In this document: one piece after another, positions 38,201 through 47,017 of the stretch
Position numbering within the stretch: position 1 is the stretch's first letter
Layout of the letters: each line of letters starts with the position of its first letter
NCBI GenBank assembly: GCA_017455495.1
Contig: JAFTAR010000198.1
Coordinates: forward strand, 9,536 to 73,535
Source of the DNA: Prevotella sp.
GTDB taxonomy: Bacteria; Bacteroidota; Bacteroidia; Bacteroidales; Bacteroidaceae
Direction of reading: 5' to 3'
DNA: 64,000 nucleotides
Notes under the pieces: generated by a model
What the model was told of the DNA's origin: nothing
The model's database searches: none
The model's input: the letters and a program-made list of their open reading frames with translations, nothing else
Program-made: the position numbers and the translations under genes

Positions 38201-40093
38201 GTTAGTCTCCGATACGGCAGTGGCGCGCTCCTTGAGGTGCTCCCAGTTGCTTTTCGGGTTGCTCTTCACCACGCCTTCGTACATTATGTAGTCGGAGTTG
38301 ATGAAGATGTTCTCGAACTTCACGCCCACCTTCACCGTCTGGCCCATGGGCTCCCACAGCATCCAGCCGGTGCCGCTCCAGGCGTGCGAGTCGTTGTTCT
38401 GCTTCACGTCGTCGCCCATGAGCATCTCGTATTCACCCACGAAGACCTTCTTGCCGCGCATGTTGTTGTCGCTGCATTCTATGGGCACGCGGTTGGCCTC
38501 TATCTTGCCTTCGGCACATGCATTGCCAAAGGCATTGCTAAGGCTGTCGGTATATTGGAACGCCAGCTCGCCCGGCTCGCCTTCGAACTTTACGCTGTTG
38601 TCGGTCAGGGCTTCGGGCACTAAGCGCAGCAGGAACACCTGCCCTATGCTTACGTTCGACTTGATGGTGTCCCAGGGGATGTAGTCCTGCAGCAGGTCCA
38701 CGCCGTTCTTCTGCCTGTTGAGGGTCTTCTCGGCATCGGTGGCATCCATGCTGCCCTTTGCCGGCGAAGAGTAAATGAGTCCCTGCTCCAAGGCCAGCTC
38801 GCGAGTGGCATAGCCAGAGAGGTTGTACAGCTCGGTGCGGTAGCGGAACTTTACGGTGTCCTGCTTCTCGCCCTTTCCGCCAAGGTAGGCAGGCCGCTGC
38901 CATTCAGAGCACACGCTGGCTCCCTGGAACAGTGCGCGGTTGGTATTTCCGTTGAAGTCGGGCTTCGTCAGCTGCGGGTAGCGGAACACGTAGGTGTTGT
39001 CGCCCAAGTCAACGGCGCTGCCGCTGCCGTCGTGCTCCATGGTGATGTCGTAGCTGTCGTCATCGTCGTCACCACCGCCAGTGGGCTCTTCCTGCTCCTC
39101 CGCCACCTCTTCGCCAAAGGTCATCTTCGGGGTGAAGACAACGATGGGGCTCTTGCCCTGGTTCTCAATGAGGGTGAAGGTGGTGGTGTTCCTCTGTGTT
39201 GCTGTGACCTGAGCCACGTAGATGTGGCCGTCGAGCAGCTTGCTGATGTGATTAGTGCCAAGCAGATACTGCGGCGCATGTATGCCGGGGACGACCAGGA
39301 TGTCGCTGCCGTGCTCCATGGCCTCGTCGGGGCTTTGTCCGTTGAGCACCTCTCTGATGGTGAGCTTGTACTCGTAGTTGACCAGCCCTAACTGGCAGTT
39401 GAGCAGCGGCTCCATCCAGGCGAAGAGCGGGTTCTCAAGGGGCAGCTTCACCACCTGCAGGTTGCGCAGCTCCTCTACCCCACCCGATGTGGCAGGAGTG
39501 ATGAACTGCGGTGCCTGGGCGCGGTAGCATATATCAAAGGTGTTGAAGCCGGTAAGGTCGGGAGCGCTGAGGCTCACTGGCGACGCTATCTTGCTGTCCT
39601 GGCCAATGAGGGCCTGGTCCCACTTATAGGCTACTATGCTTATGCGGTATTTGCCTTCTGGCAGCAGGCCGTAGTCGTTCTGTCCCAAGCTGTTGAACAT
39701 ATCGCCCGAGAAGCGCATGGCCGACAGGGGGATATGGTTGAACAGGCGCCTCATGTCCTCTTGTGTGAGGGGCAGCGTGCCTCTTGGCCCCACCTGGAAG
39801 GGAGTGCCCGGATATTCGGGCGGCGTGGCCACAGAGAGCGAGGCCGGCAGGCCCTGGCCGTCCTGCGTCTGCTCCATTTGCAGGCAGAGGTAGAACAGCT
39901 GGCTCTCATCGGTCTTGTTGGTGACCGTGATGTTGAAGTACTTGCCGGGATTCTGCATGTAGTCGCCCACCTGTGGCGGCAAGATGGGGCTGGTGGGTGC
40001 GACGTCAATGCTGAACACGTCGTGCTGTGCCCTGACGGTAAGCGAGCAGAGCAGCAGCGGCAGCCATTTGTGGGAGGTCACTCTATGGGGCAT
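32234..40093 (-). CDS. giant (2619 aa) secreted protein, N-terminus TANFOR-like
   Basis: Signal peptide ending VRA-Q. N-terminal LPP.V.DY ... LPEG.Y.I segment, long Gly-rich beta-strand region, many Cys. The TANFOR resemblance is from memory only. Confidence 0.7.
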   Translation of the reverse strand: MPHRVTSHKWLPLLLCSLTVRAQHDVFSIDVAPTSPILPPQVGDYMQNPGKYFNITVTNKTDESQLFYLCLQMEQTQDGQGLPASLSVATPPEYPGTPFQVGPRGTLPLTQEDMRRLFNHIPLSAMRFSGDMFNSLGQNDYGLLPEGKYRISIVAYKWDQALIGQDSKIASPVSLSAPDLTGFNTFDICYRAQAPQFITPATSGGVEELRNLQVVKLPLENPLFAWMEPLLNCQLGLVNYEYKLTIREVLNGQSPDEAMEHGSDILVVPGIHAPQYLLGTNHISKLLDGHIYVAQVTATQRNTTTFTLIENQGKSPIVVFTPKMTFGEEVAEEQEEPTGGGDDDDDSYDITMEHDGSGSAVDLGDNTYVFRYPQLTKPDFNGNTNRALFQGASVCSEWQRPAYLGGKGEKQDTVKFRYRTELYNLSGYATRELALEQGLIYSSPAKGSMDATDAEKTLNRQKNGVDLLQDYIPWDTIKSNVSIGQVFLLRLVPEALTDNSVKFEGEPGELAFQYTDSLSNAFGNACAEGKIEANRVPIECSDNNMRGKKVFVGEYEMLMGDDVKQNNDSHAWSGTGWMLWEPMGQTVKVGVKFENIFINSDYIMYEGVVKSNPKSNWEHLKERATAVSETNTFDEWIPDDIFTDWGLDNLVGYATPDALKPYLTGYTDQLGQEVNGLAQKVKASKYYDYVKKGYAVYDNFMQVLADGTMPDVEVFLPLQIPESVNKSPIDIQLISMEWQPTRAYMNLLGMFSLPDNDVTENNILMFGAPKMCMDPDRLLPGSGNIILLEDVTLKESSSGFNFTFKAPTDTENPQDGCMMSWAADTISFLSLRAEMEIPDLTKVNDKGVKEDGQMPKAIIEAQIHDWEDWWGHVTMDPFEADDLPGWTFTTQDIIYDHSQRWNPSQIHFADNYFDPARNDNAYQLPPSVFGQKAWQGLYIGKISMQMPKGFLENGEGRFSVAGTDMIFDKSGLTASFGMDQIVDCSAGGWALRVKKLAIDIQQTTVKGGTMQGDVHVPLTDEGDYIAFQCDMLPQENEQHPGAIDFLLRIQPTDDGQNDLDGKLHFDFWLADLTLDNKQTYFLLEAIDKGDDQGYDTRVELCMGGDITISAADDANKTLAQYDQQVKHYVPGLPFDLRIPGVHFTQMRLANCPRSNVWTHGQQIRQTAEGSIAADEQTVNTILSLYENKTFILGEGEEKFYFDCGSWSLASFDKQLGPFKFALEKYNFNQSGNDIELELKGSIGFLMKDQKNPLVTASTTVALLAEADVKNLSFKYKDTQFRQATVDIDMAGIKIYGQLDIENGTGNNSEKGYGGTLKFSMPGDLFHIDASGGYYTHQETNHNYTYGWFYAAAGGEALRFDPIVINNIGAGFYFNCVRNVDSHGNEQKATPQEGMIGAVAKLDLASSDGELVKQGTFDMTVLYDRTNNRLTSMLFTGQLKAAAGMVDSKATIAWVHNDEDKYFQLNVTADVKADGALDAEVGKLSTSLANKLSELNSQYEQAVCGVKAGLKDAIGVKPGEGTSDPQKAENKTEDFSAKGNGISANISLDLKITFMEKGKKYDNCKWHVYLGEPDFAKRCSLTLIDLKAGPVSVKVGANMYLCIGNELPNDGELPPIPTTIATFLNGESKGGMEGADIYKAQRAREASKKQFAADAQAGGGFMLGAEVYGYVDIDLGIFYGGMGVDAGFDVSVRKLAYPVCTGTSDGRMGYNGWYGEGQLYAYLAAKFGIHVNFGFWKDDFDIINAGIGGVLRCGLPHPNYFIGSARVKLKLMGGMVNINRRFSFECGTRCSIFYGNPLDNFELFGDCTLGVPEMKEGWADAADRIDPGLLTQARFETQAPLDANFRVLDETSLNELLQSYESRGIEREQLEMQAKRTFVFRRTGNAYLYEFTIRPDSTLFNEMVMKHPGDYPSLQFRQRMGLANITSLSVRDFSQTTHGLQLTGAQLSKNRFYVIMVTGAAKEIVRGVEQDPRTFHPEANWQGDRWTQEPWTQTQCYFFRTGESEALDDDTPLQDFVAIAYPSVRNSLNSSSNNGNYVFTDTYPTDIVHPTIALNSDIRGRVYQNGKLRWRLYYTPSGTVSGYETLVCEADNSFLQNGNCINMVPDTVSNWADKAQQALDSNKKHFRIAIDYDKMEIETSSDSILTGYRTKNVMLLGRRKPIQVTVPVYNIVTTADTTYTTIAHLMNVAVKSVNGNWYEGYTTQSGIGGSRRVFADYSKPFMGTSVGMVSNGLSDYDYNWTDTNIAQEVRKQSNVPLRTYDPYVYLSYLGNFFFIGGHPIKNYAFETGEDANGDAVPVSESLIYHDRGGVWSGNLVAGQNDNIYRGVSAVRQLSVNTNYSAYGDAGHQFPLPVFTGSDSWCNSLILGGQSNMTAPPMAARKMEHRFYRTLWDIAAVYYLAEQAGEYQWNAADRVPLATWQKNSNTVQQARFSGWYYWFHKKQSNDSPLCSALKDWNNTYRGLYLVHELSYTLPDGETSEPVTVQIPMYQFPLLVGSQYSPSNAKGWNHSVPSLSNSERTNQEWSTKWLHMYQRSSSDNYWTPSWVKGTNFSSYSAQDALRRINSLSLTVYRVNAFDINTMTYDCLSLFPGQSTEMQVWNPTGISVPFNSWKSDYKWNGQD

Positions 40094-40111
40094 ATATATC
40101 TTGTGGGCGTT

Positions 40112-41821
40112 TTAGTTCGTTGTAGGGGTGGCACTCTGGCGCTTTATCTCGAAGAGGCTGAAGGTATATGTGTAGCTCAGGCCTACGTTCAGTTCGGTGA
40201 CGTTGTACAGGTCCTGGCCTTCAATGATGTTCACGTCGTTAGAGCGGGCTATGCCTCCGCTGAGGGCGAAGGTGTGCACGTTTTTCAGCGTGTAGCCCAC
40301 TTGCATGTCGCCGCCTAAGGACATGTTCTCGCGCATGTGTTCCATCTTATTATAGCAGAGGGTGAGCGTGGCCTGCAGGTGCAGGTTCTGCTCGTGCAGG
40401 AACGAGCGGGCGGCAGAGAGTGAGAGGATGTCGCTGGTGTACTTGGTGGAGTAGCCGCGCGACTGCTGGTGGTTCAGCGTGGTGGTGAAGTCGGTCTGCC
40501 ACGGCTCCACGTTCACGTTGTAGGAGGCGCCGCCGGAGATGGTCTTCACGTCGCTCTCGCCGGTGGCAAACTTGTTGAGGTCTTTGTTCTGGTTGACGGC
40601 TGCCGTGAGCGAGAAGCTGTGGTTAAGGTTCTCTGTCTGGAAGCTGTAGGAGGCCGAGGCCCCAATGCTGTGCATGATGCGGCTTATGCGCGTGGTGTCG
40701 TTCACATGGGCTGTGCCGTCATATTGCCGCTGCAGGTAGCCGTTGTAGCGGGCGCTTACCATAACCTGCCCGATGCGGGTGGAGGCGTTGGCAGCATATA
40801 CGAATCCGCGGGTGGTGTAGAGCTGCTTGTTGGAGAGGTTGTCGCTCTGGGCCGAGAAATTGCCGGAGAGGGCGATGCTCTTGAACAGGCGCGTGCTGGC
40901 CGTGATGGCCAGCGACTGGTAGTTGTTCGACATATAGTAGGTGCCGAGCGATGTGTAGTCGGGCTGCACCATTCGGTAGCTGATGGCGGCGTTGAGGCCG
41001 CGCAGGGTCAGGTTCACGCTGGCATCGCCGGCAAAGCGCATGTTCGACGTGTAGCGGGCATCGAAAATCTTGTCCCAGCCGTCCAGCTTGTCGCTCTCCA
41101 CGCGGCGGGCCCGTGTGTCGGTGGTGATGAGCGAGGTGGCGGCATTGGCCGACAGGGCGAGCCACCGGGTAATGCGGGAGTAGCCGCGCAGGCCCACCAC
41201 GAGGTTCTCCTGCGGGTTCACCTGCTGGCGCCAGTGCTCGCTGATGCTCCGCTCGCTGTCAAAGGCGCGCAGGAAATAGAGGTCAAGATAGTGCTTCTGC
41301 GAGCCGTAGCCCACCTTCACGCCCCAGGCCGTGCGCCGATATTGCGGCAGGCGGGCACCAAGGTCGGTGGGGTCGTCGTTGATGGCGTTGCGCAGGCGGC
41401 CGTAGAACAGGCCGAAGCGCAGCCTGTCTCCCTGGTACTCCACGCCAATGCCGTTGAACGACATGTTCATCACGTAGGGGCTGTAGCTCATGCTGCTCTG
41501 CCCGAAGTAGGCCTGCCACTGCTTGTAGCGCGGCGAGAGGTTGAGCGAGATGTGGGGGTAGTTGAAGTTGAAGTCGCTGTTGGTGTAGTAGAGCGAGAAG
41601 GGCATTGCTATGCCATAGACCGACAGGTTGAGGTTGGCCCACACGTTGCTCTGGAAGGGCGACGAGTAGCGGTAGCCGGTGGAATGGTAGTAGGTGTTGC
41701 TGGTGCCTATGGCGCCCGACATGACGAGGGGGTCGCTCTTGGCTATCTGGCTAATGTCTTGAGCCTTGACCCCCAAAAAGGGAGCCAAGGCCAAGACGGT
41801 GATTATGATGCTTCTTCTCAT
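40112..41821 (-). CDS. putative outer-membrane beta-barrel protein
   Basis: Signal peptide ending VKA-Q, alternating amphipathic strands rich in Y/S/N/G, and GLSYTYTF near the C-terminus. Confidence 0.75.
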   Translation of the reverse strand: MRRSIIITVLALAPFLGVKAQDISQIAKSDPLVMSGAIGTSNTYYHSTGYRYSSPFQSNVWANLNLSVYGIAMPFSLYYTNSDFNFNYPHISLNLSPRYKQWQAYFGQSSMSYSPYVMNMSFNGIGVEYQGDRLRFGLFYGRLRNAINDDPTDLGARLPQYRRTAWGVKVGYGSQKHYLDLYFLRAFDSERSISEHWRQQVNPQENLVVGLRGYSRITRWLALSANAATSLITTDTRARRVESDKLDGWDKIFDARYTSNMRFAGDASVNLTLRGLNAAISYRMVQPDYTSLGTYYMSNNYQSLAITASTRLFKSIALSGNFSAQSDNLSNKQLYTTRGFVYAANASTRIGQVMVSARYNGYLQRQYDGTAHVNDTTRISRIMHSIGASASYSFQTENLNHSFSLTAAVNQNKDLNKFATGESDVKTISGGASYNVNVEPWQTDFTTTLNHQQSRGYSTKYTSDILSLSAARSFLHEQNLHLQATLTLCYNKMEHMRENMSLGGDMQVGYTLKNVHTFALSGGIARSNDVNIIEGQDLYNVTELNVGLSYTYTFSLFEIKRQSATPTTN

Positions 41822-41831
41822 TAATGCTGTT

Positions 41832-44805
41832 TTACTTCACTACAACCTTGCGGACGCTGCCATCGGCCTGGCGCTGCAGGCTGACACCCTTCTGCGTAGT
41901 GGCTGTGTGGCGGCCGCCAAGGTCGAATGTTTCGCGGCTGTTGGCGCTGGTCTGGCGGGTGGTGCTGATGCCTGTGGTGGCATCCTGGCTGCTCAGGGCA
42001 AGCGGAGCCTTCACTGTGCCAACCGTCTGCTGCAGACGCACGGTCTGGTCTGTGTCGAAGCTTTCACCTGTCAGCTCGTCTACAAGCTGAAGGTTTACCA
42101 TCTCGCCGGCATCGCCATGAACGGTGATGAAGAGCAGTCCGTTAACCATGCGGCCCTCGCCGCGCAGCTCGCCGTCAACGTAGGCCTTGGCCTGGTAGCG
42201 GTCGGAAGCAGCATCTTCAACCACGGCTACGATGCTCATGTTGTCGCGATAGCGGGTAGCCACCTGGTGCAGGCTGTTGGCGGCAGGAGCCATCATGCGT
42301 GAATCTGCTACTTGTGCATCTGGTTGTTCTTCTGTGTTGGCCCATTCGTTCGCACCATTCAGTGCCAGCTCGTCGGCGTAGGCCAGTGTGCGGCCTTCAG
42401 CTCCTGCGTTGTAGAACATGTAGCCCTGTCCGGGGCGCAGACCCTTTAGCGTGCCAAACCAACCATTGGCGGTGTATTCTGCGAAGCCGTCCTCCTTCGA
42501 CAGCAGGCGGTCGCCCTCCACGAAGGTCGCTCCGTTGAACGCAGTGTTAATCAGGCGGTTGAAGAGGTAGGGGTTGGGAATCCAGTTCCAGCCCTTGCGC
42601 AGGGTGATGGCTTCTATCTGGCCCAGCGAGCCGCCATAAAGAGCCTGGCTGGCAGCTGCCGCCATCTTAACCTTCACGCATACGTTCTGTGCCAGCAGGT
42701 CGGTGTCGCCAAAGTAGCCATACACTGGGTCATTATAGATTTGCTGGTCCTGCGTGCGAATCTCGGTGAGCGCGCTGCCGAAGATGTCTTCGGCACTCTC
42801 AGAGACGTAGGGAATGGTGTGCCACTGCCAGCCCGTGTTAGCCTCATAGTTGTAGCCCACTTCCTTGGGGTCGCTGGTAGTTGTGATGGGCGTTTCGCCG
42901 CCGTTATTGTAGGTCACGGTGATGGTGATGTTGCCGGGCACGAGCGGGGTAATCTGGGCTGTGATGCCGTTTATGCCCTCATACAGGTCGTCAATGGTTA
43001 CGACCTGCCATTCGCCGTTGGCCTCGTAGGTGGTAGTCACGGTGAGGTTCGAGTAGTCATCGATGGAGGCGCCTGTGGGCTGCGGCAGGATGATTATCTC
43101 TGTAGTCTCGTCCTGCACCAGGGCGGGGATGTCGAAGTCGAAGCTGGTTACACCCTGACTTACTACGACATCGAACGACTTGCTTATGGTGTTGGGACCG
43201 CCGCCAGAACCGAAGGTGGCCTGCAAGTAGTCGTATGACCTGAATTCTATGGTAATGGTGGCAGTGCCGGCCGACTTGGCCGTGACGGTCATATCCAAGT
43301 AATCGGTGCTACGGCCGAAATCATCACCTGTGGTTATCTCTATAATATCCTCGTTGCTGGATGTGATAGACAACCAATAGTCATTGAACTCGGCAGGGGT
43401 GGGCGTGAAGTGAATGTTTGCCTTGACAAGGTCGGTGATGTTAACATCTGTTCCTTCATACATCATGCTGATGGTCTCTTCATCAAAGTTCACATCTTTC
43501 ACCTCGTTGTAAACTTTGACCCAGAATCTGTAATAGGCATCCGGATTGTCAACGCTGGTAACGGTGATGTATCCATCGCCCTCAGCTAAGGCAGTTATGG
43601 TTCCATTGGCAGCAATGCTAATCAATGAGGGAGTGTTTGTTGTGATGGTGACATTCTTGTTGTTAGCATTTGCAGGGAGAACATTGAACACTCTGCCGTT
43701 GACGAAATACTGCGTCAGGTCATCGCCTACCAGACATTCCACGGGGGAGTCGCTGCTGATGCCCTCCATAGGTTCAATTGCCGTTACTGGCTGCTTCACG
43801 TGCACGGTGACGGTGATGGGGGCAGGTGTGGTGCGGGCTGTGGTGTTGTCATAGCTGTACACGGTGCCGGTGAGCACGGCATCGCCGGCAGCCATAGGCT
43901 CCAAGCGGTAGCCGCCAACACCAATGGGAGGCATGTTTACAACAGCGGTGTTGCCCGATGTCCAGTCAACGTGGTCGGTTGTTCCTTCAGGGCCCAGAGA
44001 GTAGCAGTTGTCTAAGAAGGCCCACATGGCATCGCCATCGTCTACGTTTACCGTCACCTCGTTGCTGCCTGTAAGGGCGAGGCTTGTGGCGGGTTGGTAG
44101 ATGTAGAGCGTGGCATTTGCGCTAATACCGCTCATGTTTACAAAAATTCCTACGCCGCCGGGCTTAGGGCTATTGGCAGTGAGCATATTGCCGTTAATGG
44201 AGGCGCAATCTTCGCGCAGGCTCCAGCTGATGTTGTTGGGCAGCTTTGCTCCGGCGGGAGTCAGCGTGAGGTAGGTGCTCAGGTCCACAGTCTCGCCTAC
44301 GTTGAGCTTAATATCGTTCAGCGAGACGGATGTCAACTCCGTGAGCTGTATGTACAGAGGTGAGGAAGGTGTTTGCGGTGTCTCGCCAGTGAAGGTAGCC
44401 GTGGCGGTGACATCATATTCTAAAGTGCTGCTTGTGTTCCACACCTTGAAAGTGATTTCCTTGTTAGCGCTGGCCTCTGAAGTGCCGCCAACAACTTGGA
44501 AGCGCCATACGGACAACTCTCTATTCGTAGAGATGGCGGGGTTGGCATAGGTGGGTGCTGTCTCCACGGCACGCACCTGGCCATCTATGAAGGCGGCAAT
44601 CTCGTAGTGGCTTTCGGTGCCAGTGATGTCGTAGTTTGTCCAGCCGCCACTTGCTGCGTCGGGCAAGCTGCAGAATGGCGTAGACGTAGGTCTCTGTCTG
44701 CGCATCGTTGGCCGATGGGGTGTAGTTCACTGTCCAGTGGTTGTCTGCCCAAGCTGCACCAGCCATGGTGAGCAGAGACAGGGTGAGGAATAGTAATCGT
44801 TTCAT
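41832..44805 (-). pseudogene. Ig-like repeat surface protein with T9SS-like C-terminal tail, frameshifted near the 5' end
   Basis: Signal peptide MKRLLFLTLSLLTMAGAAWA begins at 44805 in a different frame from the 957-aa ORF. One extra base near 44664-44668 joins them. Tail FDLGGR...KGV.....DGSVRKVVVK. Confidence 0.8.
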
Positions 44806-44847
44806 GATGATTATTGTTTTTTTGTTCAGTAATCGCAAAATTTGGTG

Positions 44848-44911
44848 CAAAGGTACGACGAAAAGGCCGCTCTTTGGTTGTCAAAAAGCGGCTTTTGGTG
44901 GTCAATAAGCG
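44848..44911 (-). promoter_or_regulatory. -7 promoter plus tandem direct repeat (candidate AraC operator)
   Basis: TACCTTTG (minus) at 44848-44855. TTTGGTTGTCAAAAAGCG (44873) and TTTGGTGGTCAATAAGCG (44894) have a 21-bp period. Confidence 0.6.
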
Positions 44912-44922
44912 TCAAACTACAC

Positions 44923-46605
44923 TTAATCCGTGTCTTTCTTTATATTTTGTGCATATTCTGACGGCGTGATGCCGAATACGCGCTTGAAGGTGCGGGTGAA
45001 GTTCGACTTGTCATCGAATCCCAGCCTTGCCGCTATCTCGGCTATGGTGGCATTGCCGTCTTGGCTTATGAGGTTCTTTGCCTTCTCCATCCTCATGCGC
45101 ATGACGTAGGCCTGCGGGCGCTCGCCAACGATAGCGGTGAAGCGGCGGCGGAAGGAGCTGATGCTCATACACATCTCGCTGGCCAGGGTTGCCACGTCTA
45201 TGTGTCCATCCTCTATCTGGCGGTCTACCAGGCTGTCGAGCTTTTCCTTGAACAGGCGGTCGGCATCGGCCAATGGTTCTGCTGTGGTTTGCTCTGTGTC
45301 TGGTTCGGCAGGCTCGTTGTCGTTCTGCTGCATGCCGTCGTATTGTTCCTTAAGGTTGGTAAAGTCGGTGGCAAGGCTGTTGAACTCGCTCATGAAGCGG
45401 CGTGTGCGGCGGCGTATGGTCAAGACGAGTGCAAGCACCACGGTCAGCAGGAACAGCGTTATGCAGGCGGCAATAATAATAAAAGTTCGTGTGCGTGAGC
45501 GCTGCTCGTCGCTATTGGCCCTGAGCGTGGCGTTGTCTATCTCGGCACTGGCCTGGCCCATGGCCTGTGCCGCCTCGCGGCTGTAGATGGTGTCCTTCAG
45601 CTCGTTGTAACGGTCCAGTTTATACATGGCCGCCTCGGGGTCAGAATCCTTCAGCGCGTTGAAAAGACCTAATTGCGAGTGCATCTCGTTGTACAAATCG
45701 CCCATCTGCTTGAAGATGTCGGCGGCACGAGTGAAATAGGGGACGGCTGAGTCGGGCTTAGTCTCCCACAGCATCAGCTCGCCCATTTTGTTGCAGCAGA
45801 TGCCAAGGGAGTGGATGTTGCCGTCGGCTTCGAACTGAGTGATGGCTTTCTGCAGGCAGTCCTTGGCCTCGCTAAAGCGTTGCATGGCGGTTAGGGCCGC
45901 CGCCATCTGGCTCTGCCTCATGGCAGCCTGTGTAGGGCGGCCTATCTGCTGCTCCATGTTGTAGGCCTCAAGGGCATAGTCGTAGGCCTTTTGCTGGTCG
46001 CCAAGGGCGTGGTATACCTCAGAGGCCATGCCGTGCAGTGTGGCCAGCCGGGGGGCGTTGCCGGCCTGGCGGCAGTAGTCAATGCCTTTCATGACGTACT
46101 GTTCGGCTTCGGCAGGCAGGTTTGCCCCGAGGTAGATGCCGGCGAGGGTGTTAAGGCTTGAGCTGATGCGGTCGGCATCGCCGCTCTTCAGGTCCAGCTC
46201 GTAGCACTGCTTGGCATAGTCGGCGGCCTGGCTGCTGTTGCCTATGCGAAGGCTGGTTATGGCCAGCAGGTTCAGGCAGTCGGCGCGGTTGTCGCCATGA
46301 AACAGCGGCAGGGCTTCCTGTCCGCGGCTCATGGCCAGGTCGTAGCGCTGCTGGTCGTAGTAGTACTCGGCTGCTCAGTAGAACACCTGCTGCCTCAGGG
46401 TGTCGGCAGTGGCACCGCTGCCGAAGTGGTAGTGCTGGTCGGTTATTCCCTCGGCATCCAATCGGTCGAGGATGTCGTTGGCAACAGTTACCGAAGGCCG
46501 GGAGGCGAAGACGTTGAGCAGCGAGTCTATCTGGGTTGTTTCGCCGGCAAAACCGGCGAGCGCACTCGATGCTGTGGTTATAAATATTAAGAGTTGTTTC
46601 TTCAT
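44923..46605 (-). pseudogene. membrane-anchored TPR sensor / AraC-family regulator interrupted by in-frame TGA at 46375-46377
   Basis: Signal peptide at 46605, TPR-like helices, TM segment and AraC HTH (IAEIAARLGFDDKSNFTRTFKRVFGITPSEY). The two ORFs are in frame (VFY*AAEYYYD). Confidence 0.85.
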
Positions 46606-46661
46606 TCCAAGTGCAAAGGTAGCAACTTTTTTCGAAAACTGCTTGCACCACGGCATCTTTT

Positions 46662-46706
46662 TTTAAAACACGAATTACCATGAATTAAACATGAATTTGT
46701 CACAAA
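46662..46706. repeat. partial family A repeat
   Basis: AACACGAATTACCATGAATTAAACATGAATT matches the internal part of 50872-51046. Confidence 0.7.
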
Positions 46707-46717
46707 TTTTTTGAAAG

Positions 46718-46998
46718 TAGGTTGTCAGGTTGTCAAAACGCCCTGTCACAAAGCGTTTGCAACCTCTTTGAGGTTGTCAGAGGTTGTCAGAGGTTGTCAG
46801 GGAGCAGCTTTACTTTCAAATTCTCAAGAGAATTCAGCCGTAAAGCACTGCCTTATTTTCATAAAGCACCACTACATACTCGTGAAGTTCCACTTCAGCA
46901 TAAATGGACAAAACGCTGTCAACCTCTGACAACCTCTGTCAACCTTGAACAGGTTGCAAATGCCCTGCACATCGGTGTTTTGACAACCTGACAACCTA
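46718..46998. mobile_element. MITE/REPIN-like element, family B, copy 2 (inverted)
   Basis: TAGGTTGTCAGGTTGTCAAAAC ... GTTTTGACAACCTGACAACCTA. The core is the reverse complement of the 23163 copy core. Confidence 0.7.
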
Positions 46999-47017
46999 TT
47001 ATTAAAATATTAATGGG

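Noticed and set aside
24799-46377. Alternative genetic code (TGA=Trp or TAG=Gln)
   Set aside because: TGA and TAG end intact genes in this window (mnmG and deoC with TGA, mreD with TAG), and only three internal stops occur.
26594-46605. Polysaccharide utilisation locus, prophage or T6SS/Rhs toxin locus
   Set aside because: I recognised no SusC/SusD, glycoside hydrolase, phage structural, VgrG/PAAR or YD-repeat motifs.
46711-46991. Small ORFs within the family B repeat (also 23550-23759)
   Set aside because: They are translations of the repeat and show no coding signature.
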